A stretch of 64,000 bases of DNA from an uncultured candidate division Zixibacteria bacterium. Lineage in GTDB: Bacteria; Zixibacteria; MSB-5A5; RBG-16-43-9. Location: assembly GCA_963713865.1 (NCBI GenBank), contig OY970208.1, positions 800,001 through 864,000 on the forward strand. Direction: 5' to 3'. How positions within the stretch are numbered: the first letter of the stretch is position 1; the number at the start of each line of letters is the position of its first letter. The translations under genes and the position numbers were made by a program. Shown here piece by piece: positions 40,135 to 51,091 of this stretch. The notes below the pieces were generated by a model. The model was not told the origin of the DNA. It saw only the letters and a list, made by a program, of their open reading frames with translations, and did no database searches.

Positions 40135-41742
40135 ATGCATCTTATAGGATTAAAAGATATAAGCTTCAGCTATACTTTCGGAGAAGGTAATCTGTTTGAA
40201 AAAATAAATTTAGATATAAATTCTGGCGATAGGATCGGGCTTATCGGACCAAATGGATGCGGCAAGACCACCCTTTTGAAGATAATAATCGGAGAAGAAA
40301 AGCCGGTTTCAGGAAAGATACTATATTCTAAATCAAGTATTCAAACAGGCTATCTGAAACAGGAAATCACCTCCGGATACAAGGGAACATTACTGGATTA
40401 TGTTTTAGAAATTTATCCGGAAATACAAAAGGTTTATTCTGACCTGAAAAGAGCAGAGCTAAATATTTCGAATGAAGAGACTGCCACTCAATATGCCCTT
40501 TTGCAGGAAAAATTTAGTTCCCTCAGGGGCGGGGAAATAAAAGCTGAAGTTGAAAAAACCCTGTCCGGGCTGGGATTTTCAAAAGAGGAGATGGTTCTGG
40601 ATTTCAACAAGCTCTCCAGCGGTCAGAAGACCAAAGCGAATTTAGCTAAAATCCTTTTGTCCCAACCCGATTTTATGATTTTGGATGAACCGACCAATCA
40701 CTTAGACCTGTCCAGCCTGGAATGGTTAGAGGAATATCTGCTTAACTTCAGAGGTACATTACTCATAGTCTCGCATGACCGGACTTTTCTGGATAAAACT
40801 GTGGAAAAAATCTGGGATTTGAGAAGGGGAAGCTTAAACGAGTATAAGGGAAATTACAGTTTCTATTTTGAGCAAAAAGAAAAAGAGATACAGAGACAGT
40901 GGGAAGAATATGAGGATAAAAGGAAAAAGGTTAAAAAATTAAAGCAGGAAGCTCAAAGGAGAAAGGTTTGGGCAAAACGCAAGGAAAAGCAGAGGATCGG
41001 CGGAGGCAGAGCCAAAGGGCATATCACTGCAGTTGCAGCCAAGCTGGCTCGCAGGGCTAAAGCCGCGGAGAAAAGAGCTGAGCAGATCGAGAAGGTGGAA
41101 AAACCTTTTGAGGAGAAAAAAGTATCTTTGGATTTTCCCGATTTTGACCTTTCAGGAAATTTAGTCCTTTCGGCAGCAGATTTATCAAAATCTTATGACA
41201 AGAAAAAACTATTTGAGGATTTGAGTTTTTCCATCCTTAAAGGTAAAAATTTAGCAGTTACCGGACCTAACGGCTGTGGAAAGACCACTCTTCTGAAAAT
41301 CATCTTAGGTGAGATTGAGCCGGATAAAGGGGAAATTATTTTAGGCCATAAAATCAAAATAGGATATTTTGACCAGGAAAGAAAAAATCTGGAAGAGGAG
41401 AAAACGATCTTGGAGGAAGCGACTTCTTCAGATATAACTGATAATCCGGTCTGGATCCGGACCGTATTAGGTGCCTTGATGTTAAGAAAAGATTCTGTTT
41501 TCAAAAGGATAAAAGATTTGAGCGAGGGAGAAAAAGGCAGGGTTATAATTGCTAAGCTTCTTCTGTCCGGTGCTAATTTTCTAATCTTAGATGAGCCGAC
41601 CAATAATCTGGATATAGATGCCCGGGAAGCTTTGGAAAATGCCCTGAAAGATTATCCCGGCTCTATATTGTTCGTAACCCATGACCGGTACCTAATAAAG
41701 AAGTTAGAATGTGATGTTTTGAGTTTTGGTAAGACCCCGTAG
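40135..41742 (+). CDS. ABC-F ATPase, ribosomal-protection (ARE)-like
   Basis: Two NBDs (GPNGCGKTT twice, LDEPTN twice), no TM helix, long basic interdomain linker. Confidence 0.9.
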   Translation: MHLIGLKDISFSYTFGEGNLFEKINLDINSGDRIGLIGPNGCGKTTLLKIIIGEEKPVSGKILYSKSSIQTGYLKQEITSGYKGTLLDYVLEIYPEIQKVYSDLKRAELNISNEETATQYALLQEKFSSLRGGEIKAEVEKTLSGLGFSKEEMVLDFNKLSSGQKTKANLAKILLSQPDFMILDEPTNHLDLSSLEWLEEYLLNFRGTLLIVSHDRTFLDKTVEKIWDLRRGSLNEYKGNYSFYFEQKEKEIQRQWEEYEDKRKKVKKLKQEAQRRKVWAKRKEKQRIGGGRAKGHITAVAAKLARRAKAAEKRAEQIEKVEKPFEEKKVSLDFPDFDLSGNLVLSAADLSKSYDKKKLFEDLSFSILKGKNLAVTGPNGCGKTTLLKIILGEIEPDKGEIILGHKIKIGYFDQERKNLEEEKTILEEATSSDITDNPVWIRTVLGALMLRKDSVFKRIKDLSEGEKGRVIIAKLLLSGANFLILDEPTNNLDIDAREALENALKDYPGSILFVTHDRYLIKKLECDVLSFGKTP

Positions 41743-42084
41743 GGGCGAGGTTTCCTCGCCCATGTGGATTTGGGGGAATGTAGTTGCTCGATTCATCGAG
41801 TCCTATCCTACGGATCCCTTTTGGGACAGATCCACTTCTTGGACTAAAATTTAACCCAATAAATTGGGCAACTACTTATTTAACCTTAGCAGATCTTGAG
41901 TGGACGCACTGATATTTTTATACCTGACCACTCTCAGGTAAGCACTATTGATATCTCATCGTATAACATCAAGGAAACCCGTTGTTATTCTATCGAGAAT
42001 TCTTATATTATAGGCAGTAGAACTTCTATAACGGAATGTACTCAAAATAATGACCTAACTGAAATTAAAGCCCTGGAAGCTGCA

Positions 42085-42894
42085 ATGAATTCAACTGGAT
42101 ACATATTCGACATACAGAGATATGCCATTCACGATGGTCCAGGCATCCGCACCACCGTCTTTTTTCACGGATGTCCGCTCGAATGCTGGTGGTGTCATAA
42201 TCCGGAATGCTGGCAGCCTGTTTTGAAAGACACGGGTTTTCAGGACAGAAGTCAGGACATACCGCTCCGTTTTATCAGGAAACCAAACAGAACCGGTCAG
42301 CTCGTAACTTCGGATATTGTGCTGAATGAAATAATTAAGGATCAGGTCTTTTACGAGCAGTCCGGTGGCGGGGTGACTTTTTCCGGCGGGGAGCCTATGA
42401 TGCAGATGGAATTTCTTTTTGAATTGCTCAAGGCGTGTAAACAAAACGGGATACGTACTGCCATAGATACTTGTGGCTATACCCCGGAGGAAGATTTTGT
42501 AAAGATATATGATCTGGTGGATCTCTTTCTCTATGACCTGAAGGTTATGGAGGATAAAGCGCACAGAAAATATACTGGCGTCTCCAATGTGTTAATCCTT
42601 TCCAATCTGAAAATGCTGTCCGGAAAAGGCAGGAAAACCTGGCTCCGGATTCCTTTGATACCGGGGATTACTGATACTGAGGAGAATCTCAATGCCATGG
42701 TTGAATTTATTACCCCTTTGAAAAACATTCAACATATTAACCTTCTGCCTTACAATAATCTGGGTAAGGACAAGTATCGAAGATTAAATATACCCTTTAG
42801 AATGAATCATAAAGAAGCGCAGACCGATGACGAATTACAAAAAAGAAAAAAACTGTTTGAATCAGCCGGCTATAGAGTAAAAATCGGAGGATGA
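42085..42894 (+). CDS. Glycyl-radical enzyme activating enzyme
   Basis: HDGPGIRTTVFFHGCPLECWWCHNPE and GGVTFSGGEP. Confidence 0.93.
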   Translation: MNSTGYIFDIQRYAIHDGPGIRTTVFFHGCPLECWWCHNPECWQPVLKDTGFQDRSQDIPLRFIRKPNRTGQLVTSDIVLNEIIKDQVFYEQSGGGVTFSGGEPMMQMEFLFELLKACKQNGIRTAIDTCGYTPEEDFVKIYDLVDLFLYDLKVMEDKAHRKYTGVSNVLILSNLKMLSGKGRKTWLRIPLIPGITDTEENLNAMVEFITPLKNIQHINLLPYNNLGKDKYRRLNIPFRMNHKEAQTDDELQKRKKLFESAGYRVKIGG

Positions 42895-42900
42895 ACAGTT

Positions 42901-45292
42901 ATGAATGAGAGAATAAAGAAATTACGGGAGCAAACCATTAATGCTAAGCCATATCTTTCCCTGGAACGGGCAGCACTTCTGACAGAGTTCTACAAAAAAA
43001 GAGAAGCTGAGCACGTTTCTATCCCGGTCGCCAGGGCTCTGGCTTTTAAATATATTCTCGAAAACAAGGAAATCTGTATCAACCCTGGGGAGCTTATTGT
43101 CGGGGAAAGGGGACCGGCACCTAAAGCTGCTCCAACTTATCCTGAAATCTGCACACACACTCTAAGTGATTTTGACATACTCAGCTCCCGCGAAAAAATC
43201 TCATTTAAAATAAGCCCGGAGAACAAAAGGATTCAAAAAGAGACGATAATTCCCTTCTGGTCCGGAAGGTCGATAAGAGACAGGATTTTTGAAGAGGTTG
43301 ATCCAGAGTGGAAGGCTGCTTATAAAACCGGGATATTCACCGAATTTCAGGAACAGCGCGCTCCCGGGCATACCGTACTTGATGACAAAATCTACAGAAA
43401 AGGATTTATCAGCTTCAAAGATGATATTGTTAGGAGTATCAAAAATCTTGATTGGTTTAATGACCCGGATGCATACGAAAAAAAGGAAGAGCTGAAGGCA
43501 ATGGCAATAGCAGCGGATGCCATCCTATCGTTCGCCAAAAGGCATGCTGAGAAACTCCACCAGTTAGCACAGGAGGAAACGGATCCGAACAGAAAATCAG
43601 AGCTGGAACATATGGCTGGAATTTGCGAGAAAGTGCCGGCTTATGCCCCGCAAACGTTCTGGGAGGCACTTCAGCATTACTGGTTTGTTCATTTAGGAGT
43701 AATAACCGAACTGAATACCTGGGACTCGTTTAATCCCGGTCGTTCTGGATCAGCACCTGCTCCCCTTTTACCGGAGAGACCTGGAAAACAGGACCCTGAT
43801 AGAGGAAAAAGCCCGGGAATTGCTCCAGGCTTTCTGGATTAAATTCAATAATCAGCCAGCTCCGCCCAAGGTGGGGGTAACAGCTCAAGAGAGCAATACC
43901 TATACCGACTTTTGTCTTATTAATCTGGGAGGAGTTAAGGAGACGGGTGAAGATGCGGCAAATGAGCTCACTTTTCTTATACTTGATGTGATAGAGGAGA
44001 TGCGACTTTTACAGCCAGGTTCAATGGTTCAGATCAGCAAGAAGAGTCCGGATAAACTGTTGGCAAGGGCACTAAAAATCATCAAAACCGGTTATGGACA
44101 GCCTTCCCTCTTTAACGCAGAAGCTATCATACGGGAAATGACCAGGCAGGGGAAATCGATTGCCGATGCCAGAAATGGAGGAGCCAGCGGTTGCGTGGAG
44201 ACCGGTGCATTTGGCAAGGAGAGCTACATCCTGACCGGTTATTTCAATCTTCCCAAGGTCCTGGAAATAACTCTTCACAATGGGGTTGACCCCCGTAGCG
44301 GGGAGCAGATCAGCATAGAAACCGGAAATCCGGGGGAGTTCAAAAGTTTTGAGGAACTCCTTGATGCTTATAAAAAACAGTTGAAATATTTCGTTGACGT
44401 CAAAATAAAGGGCAACCGGATAATCGAAAGGCTGTGGGCAAAATACCTTCCAGCGCCTTTCCTGTCGATACTGATTGACGATTGCATCCGGAAAGGCAGG
44501 GATTACAACGATGGTGGAGCAAGGTACAATACCTCTTATATCCAGGGGGTAGGGTTGGGTACAATTACGGATTCTTTGACTGCAATAAAGTATCATTTGT
44601 ATGATAAACGCAGTTTCACATCTTCCGAACTGCTTACCGCCCTTGAGTCAGATTTTGTGAGCGCAGAATCATTAAGAAAAATACTTCTGAACGAAACGCC
44701 CAAATATGGTAATGACGATGATTATGCTGATGATATCTTGAGACAGATATTCGAGCTTTATTTTGAAGCTGTCGATGGCCGGCCTGATACCAAGGGCGGG
44801 CATTACCGTATCAATCTTCTGTCAACAACCTGCCATGTTTATTTTGGCAGCGTAGTAGATGCTACTCCTGATGGCAGAAAAGCGGGTGAGCCGGTTTCAG
44901 AAGGGATGTCACCGGTTCAGGGTGCTGACCACCTTGGACCCACAGCGGTTCTAAAATCTGCATCGAAAATTGATCATTTGCTAACGGGCGGAACACTCTT
45001 GAATCAAAAATTTAGTCCGCAACTGCTCGCGGATGAAGATGGCATTACAAAATTAGCTGATCTCATACGAGCTTATTTTAAGATGGACGGGCATCATATA
45101 CAATTTAATGTGGTCAGCGCTGAAACCCTGCGAAAAGCACAGCTTGAACCGGACAGATACAGGGACCTCATAGTTCGAGTGGCTGGTTACAGCGATTACT
45201 TTGTTGACCTTGGGGTGGATTTACAGAACGAGATAATCAAGCGGACAGAACACGGACGAATCTCCCCAGATTTGGAATTTGATTGCGTTTGA
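42901..45292 (+). CDS. hypD: Glycyl radical enzyme, trans-4-hydroxy-L-proline dehydratase-like; frameshift at about 43743
   Basis: EQRAPGHT, WDSF, ESNTYTDF, SGCVE, YILTGY, TTCH and RVAGYS; removing one T restores PGRLDQHL. Confidence 0.82.
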
Positions 45293-45825
45293 AAACGGTA
45301 GGCATCCTGAAGCAAAAATTCATTCACCAAGATAGAAATGGATCTAATTTCGTGCTCCTCCGCACTCTGTGCAAACTTTAATCGTGTGAGCCTGACAATG
45401 CGCAGAGTATTGAAATATTTTCAGGTTGCCCATAGCATCAACTACAAGGTATCTCTCCGCCTTTGAAAAGATAATTGATTAGTTAGACTGCATCGGTAAC
45501 GGATAGTTTATTATTATATTCGCAGTCTCCCTCCAGAAATGGGTCAGGAGGTGGGGATCCTTTGAATATATATTGTATGAGGTTAATTACGTCTCAGACA
45601 TTTTCTCAGCGAAAGCTTGATGAGTATAGTAGAAAAAGTGACAATGGGTGTTATAATGAGAAACATACTGCTTGGGTGAAAACGACGATTTAGCTGTTTC
45701 TGGAGACGAGCAAGAACATCTGAAAATTTATCGCGTCATAAGGCTCAGAATGCCTGTGGATAGCCCATGAGCTGACGAGGGATTCTCGAACGATTTGTCC
45801 TCCTGTAGAAAGCACCTTAAAATTT

Positions 45826-48636
45826 CTATTTATTCTGTTGCTTAATTTCTCCTTCCTCAACCATCTGCACAGGTCGGAGGCGAGGTAAAACCTTTATCTC
45901 AACTTTTTTCGCCTCTTGTGGTCCTATTTCGATCTGGAACTCCTCCTGCTCCAGGTAATGGTGGGCCGGCAGGTTCTGATTGTAAACTTTCAGAGTCCAT
46001 TTGCCTGGTCTTATATCTTCAAAGGAAAACCCACCTTCTTCGTCCGTAACTTGCTGTAAAACTTCTTCTCCTTTGGTAATCTGTACCATAATGTCCTTTA
46101 ATCCCAGTTCTTTCTCCTTCGCCTCGCCGGAGCCTTCCAAAAACAGTGAATTATTAGGTCTGCCATCCTCATTATTCAGCTTATGATTGGAAGTGGACGC
46201 AAAATCTACCACAGAGCCTGAGATCGAGCAATAGCTTACTACACCGATCTCAATGAAATTAGTTTTCCCACCTTCTATTTCAACCAGGATGGGTAGTCTT
46301 TGACTGGTGACCCGATTGAGTCCGATTGAGCTCATCTCGACTTGGAGGCGATAGGTTCCGGGATCAAGTGAAGGAAATATGAATTCGCCATTATTGTCTG
46401 TGATCGCGGCTGCTCCATTAACTGTTAAAAGAACTTTTGGAATGGGTGGTCGTCCTGATTTTTCTTCATCATAAACCCTGCCCTTAAGGATTCCCGTACT
46501 CTTCTTTTTGCCTACAGGTATTTTCGCAGGAATGGTATATGTCAGGAAAAATGATAGCTCTTCCTTGCTCTTCTCTACATATTTAGACCATTGAGTTTTT
46601 AAAATTAGGGTATGGCGATTTTTAAAGGCATAAGTAAAATTGGAAAAAATATCGTCTCTTTCCTCGCTTCCTTCAGAAGCTACCTTCTCCTTCCTATAGT
46701 CCAGACTGAAAGAAATGTTATCCCTGATATTCCAAGAACTTGAAATACCTAAGCTTTTGGTTCTTTTCGGGCTCCCGGTAAAGCTGCTATGCCCAATTCT
46801 TGCGTAAAGATTATAGCTTTGCATTTGATTCGGGCGAAAAGTGGCATAAAGGCTATATCTTTCTAAATTATCACTCTCTTTGGCTAAGATCTTGTCTTCA
46901 AATTTCCCTCTTTCGATATGCGTACTTAAACTTAATTTGCCAAATATCCGTTCCAGTCCCAATCTCGATACTTTTTCCTCATAATTATATTTTGCCGGAA
47001 AGAGATAATCTTTCCTGATCAAATGTTCGTGGTCCAAAGAAATGTGAATCCCGAACGGAAATGAATATATCATGCCTGCCCAGTAGGCTTTTTCTCGGTT
47101 AGCTATCCCTATGGTGGAGTCAATCTCAAGATTATTCTTATAGTTACGAAAGCCGAGGTTCCCCAGCAGTTTACGGTAGATTGGAAAGGTTAGTGTTCCG
47201 CTCCTATAATCACTATCATTGTAGTAACCAAAATACTTTGATCCAGCATAAATGTTTTCAAAAGAGTATGTGGCCCGACTACGTAGCTTGCCCTGAAAAG
47301 CCATTCTAAAGGCTAACCCACTAGATTTTTCTTCTCTGTCACTTTGACAGAAACCAAACTCCAGGTCAAGATTGAAGGCTTGATTTGGCTTCATTTCTGC
47401 CTGAATACTGTATATTCTCGAGTCATAACCTTTAGAAGCAAGGGTCGATTCTTCGGTTCTGCTCAAAAAGTTTCCCTTTATCTTAAACTTGTTATTGAAT
47501 TGATATGCAAGATAGGCGCCCACTTGCTTTTTCTTTGGTTCTCCCCATCTGGTCTCCAAATAGAGAGCTCCGCTTTCAAGCTTCCCATGATTAACATTCG
47601 CCTCTACTCCTCTCCCGTAGCTCAATCTTTCAGTTAAAGGAGAAAGAGAATAACTTCTGTCGCCAAAATACAGATCTAAATGTTTTTGGTGGTAACTTAG
47701 CCGATACTCATCTCTGTACCCGTATCTGCTGATCTCCTGGATATCAGGAAAACGAAAGAGAAAATCAACCCATCTTTTACTTTCTTCATCTAGGCTACCA
47801 CGACCCGAGAATTCTGCTTGAAAGCCACCTTTTTGATCACGGCCGGAATAAACTAAGGCTAATTTGATAGGTAATCTGTGATAAGGGTCAGATTCGCCAG
47901 TTACTTTAGGAATGACATCTACTGATACCGTTTGCCTAACGCAAACAATACAATTTTTTAATTCTTCTGTCTGAGCTTCAATTTCAAGAATATTTTTGAT
48001 TCTTTGTTTTAATTTCTCATCTGTCTTTACATAAAGCCCTAAAGATTGTGATTTTCCGGCTTCTAAAGTTAACTCTGATGCTTCTATCTTAATGGGGAAG
48101 ACTGGATTTGATTTTACGGTGAGTTTTATGTTGGCACTGGCATTTCCTTTGTTAACCATGCTGAATCTTACCTCATAAATCTCACCAGCAATCGCGAATT
48201 CAGGTCTTGCTTCTACTATAATTTCTAGCTTTATTATTGGCAAAACCAAGACTGATATACTGTCACTGTCTGCAATATTATAATCCCTCTGGCTTCTGAC
48301 CGAATAGCCAATCTGGTAGCGCCCTGCAGGAAAGGTTGTGGGAATGAAGAATGCGACTACTCGAACTTGTTGTTGGTCAGGTCTAAGCTTTAAGGGAGAT
48401 TCTCTAGGAGTAATCTCCTGCCAACCAGCTGGCAGCCTGAGCTCTTCGGTGAACTCTTCCTCTTCTCTTGTATCGTTGGAGATTAGGAAGCTTCTGGTAA
48501 CGATTCTTCCTGGCTCTACATCCAAAATTGGGGGGGAAGCCGGCCTTACTCTAACTCCTTGACCCTTATCTTCAGCAAAGGTTGAAGAAAATAGAAGAGT
48601 AAGAAAACAGAGGAACAAAAAAGAAAACCTTTTCAT
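45826..48636 (-). CDS. Large secreted/outer-membrane protein: Ig-like N-terminus, beta-barrel-like centre, carboxypeptidase-regulatory/SdrD-like C-terminal domains (usher-like)
   Basis: Signal peptide; alternating aromatic beta strands; TD-x2-G-x-F-x-F-x4-PG repeated twice. Confidence 0.7.
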   Translation of the reverse strand: MKRFSFLFLCFLTLLFSSTFAEDKGQGVRVRPASPPILDVEPGRIVTRSFLISNDTREEEEFTEELRLPAGWQEITPRESPLKLRPDQQQVRVVAFFIPTTFPAGRYQIGYSVRSQRDYNIADSDSISVLVLPIIKLEIIVEARPEFAIAGEIYEVRFSMVNKGNASANIKLTVKSNPVFPIKIEASELTLEAGKSQSLGLYVKTDEKLKQRIKNILEIEAQTEELKNCIVCVRQTVSVDVIPKVTGESDPYHRLPIKLALVYSGRDQKGGFQAEFSGRGSLDEESKRWVDFLFRFPDIQEISRYGYRDEYRLSYHQKHLDLYFGDRSYSLSPLTERLSYGRGVEANVNHGKLESGALYLETRWGEPKKKQVGAYLAYQFNNKFKIKGNFLSRTEESTLASKGYDSRIYSIQAEMKPNQAFNLDLEFGFCQSDREEKSSGLAFRMAFQGKLRSRATYSFENIYAGSKYFGYYNDSDYRSGTLTFPIYRKLLGNLGFRNYKNNLEIDSTIGIANREKAYWAGMIYSFPFGIHISLDHEHLIRKDYLFPAKYNYEEKVSRLGLERIFGKLSLSTHIERGKFEDKILAKESDNLERYSLYATFRPNQMQSYNLYARIGHSSFTGSPKRTKSLGISSSWNIRDNISFSLDYRKEKVASEGSEERDDIFSNFTYAFKNRHTLILKTQWSKYVEKSKEELSFFLTYTIPAKIPVGKKKSTGILKGRVYDEEKSGRPPIPKVLLTVNGAAAITDNNGEFIFPSLDPGTYRLQVEMSSIGLNRVTSQRLPILVEIEGGKTNFIEIGVVSYCSISGSVVDFASTSNHKLNNEDGRPNNSLFLEGSGEAKEKELGLKDIMVQITKGEEVLQQVTDEEGGFSFEDIRPGKWTLKVYNQNLPAHHYLEQEEFQIEIGPQEAKKVEIKVLPRLRPVQMVEEGEIKQQNK

Positions 48637-49439
48637 AACTCAATTTCTAAATCATATTGGGCACCAAAGACATATTGGTCTCCATTGTCAACCACTACCA
48701 GTGCTTTATACTTCCCTTTTGGAACGTCGCTTAAATCGATCTTGTGTCTTGCAGAACAACCCGGATAGATACGCATTTGACGATTTCCAAAGCGCCCTAT
48801 ATTTTTACCATCCTTATCATAAAGTTCTGCCCAGATTGTGGGAGAAAGCCATCTCTCCCCTACATTCTCAATATCTAATTGAAGAGTTTTTTTCCCATCC
48901 TGGCTGATTAACTTTTTGTCCAAAAACTTTATCTTACGGATTCCGGTATCGCCAATATTGGTAACGATTTGAATACCGTAGCGTACCACGGTACTAACAC
49001 CCAACTTTATCTTTCCCGTTTTATCCTCAATCTCTTTTGGATCTATATCGGATGTAGGTTCTACCATTAACATACTCCAGTATGTCCCAATTAAGTCCAG
49101 TTGCTGGGGAACTTGGATAGTGTAATAGACTGAGGCCATTTCTTTTGGAGGAATGGTTAAACGAGTTGGGTTAATCGAAAGCCAACTGGCGTTAGAACGA
49201 GCAGCCCTTCCCGGCTCACCGTAGATGTTGCTCCCATCAGAATAAAAGAGGTAATCAGTTTTATAGATTGTTACCTCCCAGGAAGTTTCTCCTGTATTCT
49301 CCAGAGTAATCTTTCCTTCAAATTTTTCTCCGGGCTGGAGGGTAGTTTCTCGAGTCAGTTCTCCAATAAGCGAAACGCCGGCAAAGGAAACCTCACCTAT
49401 AGCAAAAAAAATTAAAAATAGACAGATAGTCTTCTTCAT
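48633..49439 (-). CDS. Secreted two-Ig-domain chaperone-like protein (PapD/DUF916-like)
   Basis: Signal peptide; RSNASWL, GTYWSMLMVE, N-x-GE-x-WL and G-x-Y-x-ALVV. Confidence 0.65.
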   Translation of the reverse strand: MKKTICLFLIFFAIGEVSFAGVSLIGELTRETTLQPGEKFEGKITLENTGETSWEVTIYKTDYLFYSDGSNIYGEPGRAARSNASWLSINPTRLTIPPKEMASVYYTIQVPQQLDLIGTYWSMLMVEPTSDIDPKEIEDKTGKIKLGVSTVVRYGIQIVTNIGDTGIRKIKFLDKKLISQDGKKTLQLDIENVGERWLSPTIWAELYDKDGKNIGRFGNRQMRIYPGCSARHKIDLSDVPKGKYKALVVVDNGDQYVFGAQYDLEIEL

Positions 49440-49448
49440 TTCTCCTCC

Positions 49449-49994
49449 TTACGGAATATCAACTACGGTGAAAACGATAGTTGTGCTATAGTTACTGGGC
49501 GAAACACTCACCGACATACCGGTTAATTTATATTGCAGGTCGATGGCTGCTTGGTTACCTGCCCCTGAAAAAAATTGACAATCCATTGTCGTGATTTCAA
49601 TGTAAGAAAGTCCCCCTGAAACAGAGCCTGGTCCATTCCCATCTGAGGTTCTTCTAACACTAAGTGTGAAGTTCCCGTGCCAGCCCCCGCTGTCAACCCT
49701 CCTCACATCTAATCGCCAATTATCATTTTCATCCAAGGTGTTGGAAATTGATATAGATGTAGCATTGGCCGGGCTTTCGTAGGTGGCAACCAAGTCGCTC
49801 CCTGCCCCAGAGGCTAAATCGGTTTCATTGACTATTTCGCTCCATCCCCCGGTTGCGGATATGTCAATAGATTTAGCCTTGGTCAGAAACAATAAAAATG
49901 GGACTGTGAGAAATAATATTCTTCCCAGGATAATGATTAGTGGGGTGGTCGAGTTTCTGGACCACCCCAAGCATATCCTAACCTTATGGACCAT
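49449..49994 (-). CDS. Secreted pilin-like minor subunit
   Basis: All-beta Ser/Gly/Thr-rich protein ending YSTTIVFTVVD. Confidence 0.6.
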   Translation of the reverse strand: MVHKVRICLGWSRNSTTPLIIILGRILFLTVPFLLFLTKAKSIDISATGGWSEIVNETDLASGAGSDLVATYESPANATSISISNTLDENDNWRLDVRRVDSGGWHGNFTLSVRRTSDGNGPGSVSGGLSYIEITTMDCQFFSGAGNQAAIDLQYKLTGMSVSVSPSNYSTTIVFTVVDIP

Positions 49995-50475
49995 CTGTTA
50001 AAGTAAGAGTAACTGTTCTTTGTGCCTGGCTTACCACTCCAGCAGCGACTGTAGCAGATAATGTATAAGTTATTGACAGGCCACTCTGTACTACCGTACT
50101 AATCCCCGTGACCAGATCTGCCGCAGTAGCTAACAAAGTCACATTGCCGCTGCTGGAACCCCCTGTTGGAGCTCCGAGGTTTACCTGCAGGGTAGTATTA
50201 GCCGGCATATTGGTATTAATTACCCCGGTCATCTTCTTGTTGCTTCCGTTAGTAGTCACAGCCCAGGTTGTGGTATTATCCGCATCAGCAACCGGCTGGG
50301 AACCTGCGGTTGCAGCGTCAACGACCAGGTTGCCAGGATTTCCGCTGGTGGAAATCTCATTGATGGCACTGACCTCAAATGTAACCGTTTGCTGAACGGT
50401 GTTTGCGGCCATTGCCAGATTACATAGGACGAGCGCGAACCCCAACACAGCCATACTAACCATAAGCTTTCTCAT
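49984..50475 (-). CDS. Secreted pilin-like major subunit
   Basis: AGGAGG RBS; signal peptide ending AMA; N-terminal QTVTFEV strand and C-terminal TVTLTLTD strand. Confidence 0.65.
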   Translation of the reverse strand: MRKLMVSMAVLGFALVLCNLAMAANTVQQTVTFEVSAINEISTSGNPGNLVVDAATAGSQPVADADNTTTWAVTTNGSNKKMTGVINTNMPANTTLQVNLGAPTGGSSSGNVTLLATAADLVTGISTVVQSGLSITYTLSATVAAGVVSQAQRTVTLTLTDGP

Positions 50476-51091
50476 CTTCTTCACCTCCTGCCGCCCCCCT
50501 ATGGTTCTACTTTTTACTTTACAAACTTATGGCACAACATCACCTTAGAGTGTTGGTAAACTATAGAAAATCTAATTGAATTCCAGAAGTTAAGTTTACC
50601 CATCTGGTCCGGCAAATATTTCACTTGCTCCTAATCCATAATAGATAATCTTTCTAAGACAGATTCGATGAAATCAAACCCTCCTTTCCTCTTCAAGATT
50701 AAGCAGATACTATACTTACATTCCTAGCACCTTTCCATTGCTTTTATTATCGGTTTAGTTTTCGAGACCTTTATGGCATAAAAAGGAATTATAAAGGTTA
50801 ATTTTTCACCCAAATACTGTATAAACCTGATAAGATGCCGAATAAATTGATAACGTTGCAAGAGTCGAGACATCTATTCAAGATCAAGAAGTCCGTGTAT
50901 CCTGAGATGCGAAATTAAAATCTAGGTTACTCAAATTTTTCTGTCACCGTTTGCTGGTAATGAAAAGTTCAAATAAATGGAGAAAAAGATAGCGGCCGAG
51001 GGTATCCCAAACATCATTATGAGTTAGGTACCAGTATGCTTGGATTCATCAGGTGATAGAAAAAATCGACTTATCAGAGAGGAGGCTGTAG

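Noticed and set aside
50520-50640. Riboswitch upstream of the pilin-like operon
   Set aside because: Only a GGTAAACT/AGTTTACC inverted repeat is visible; no family consensus.
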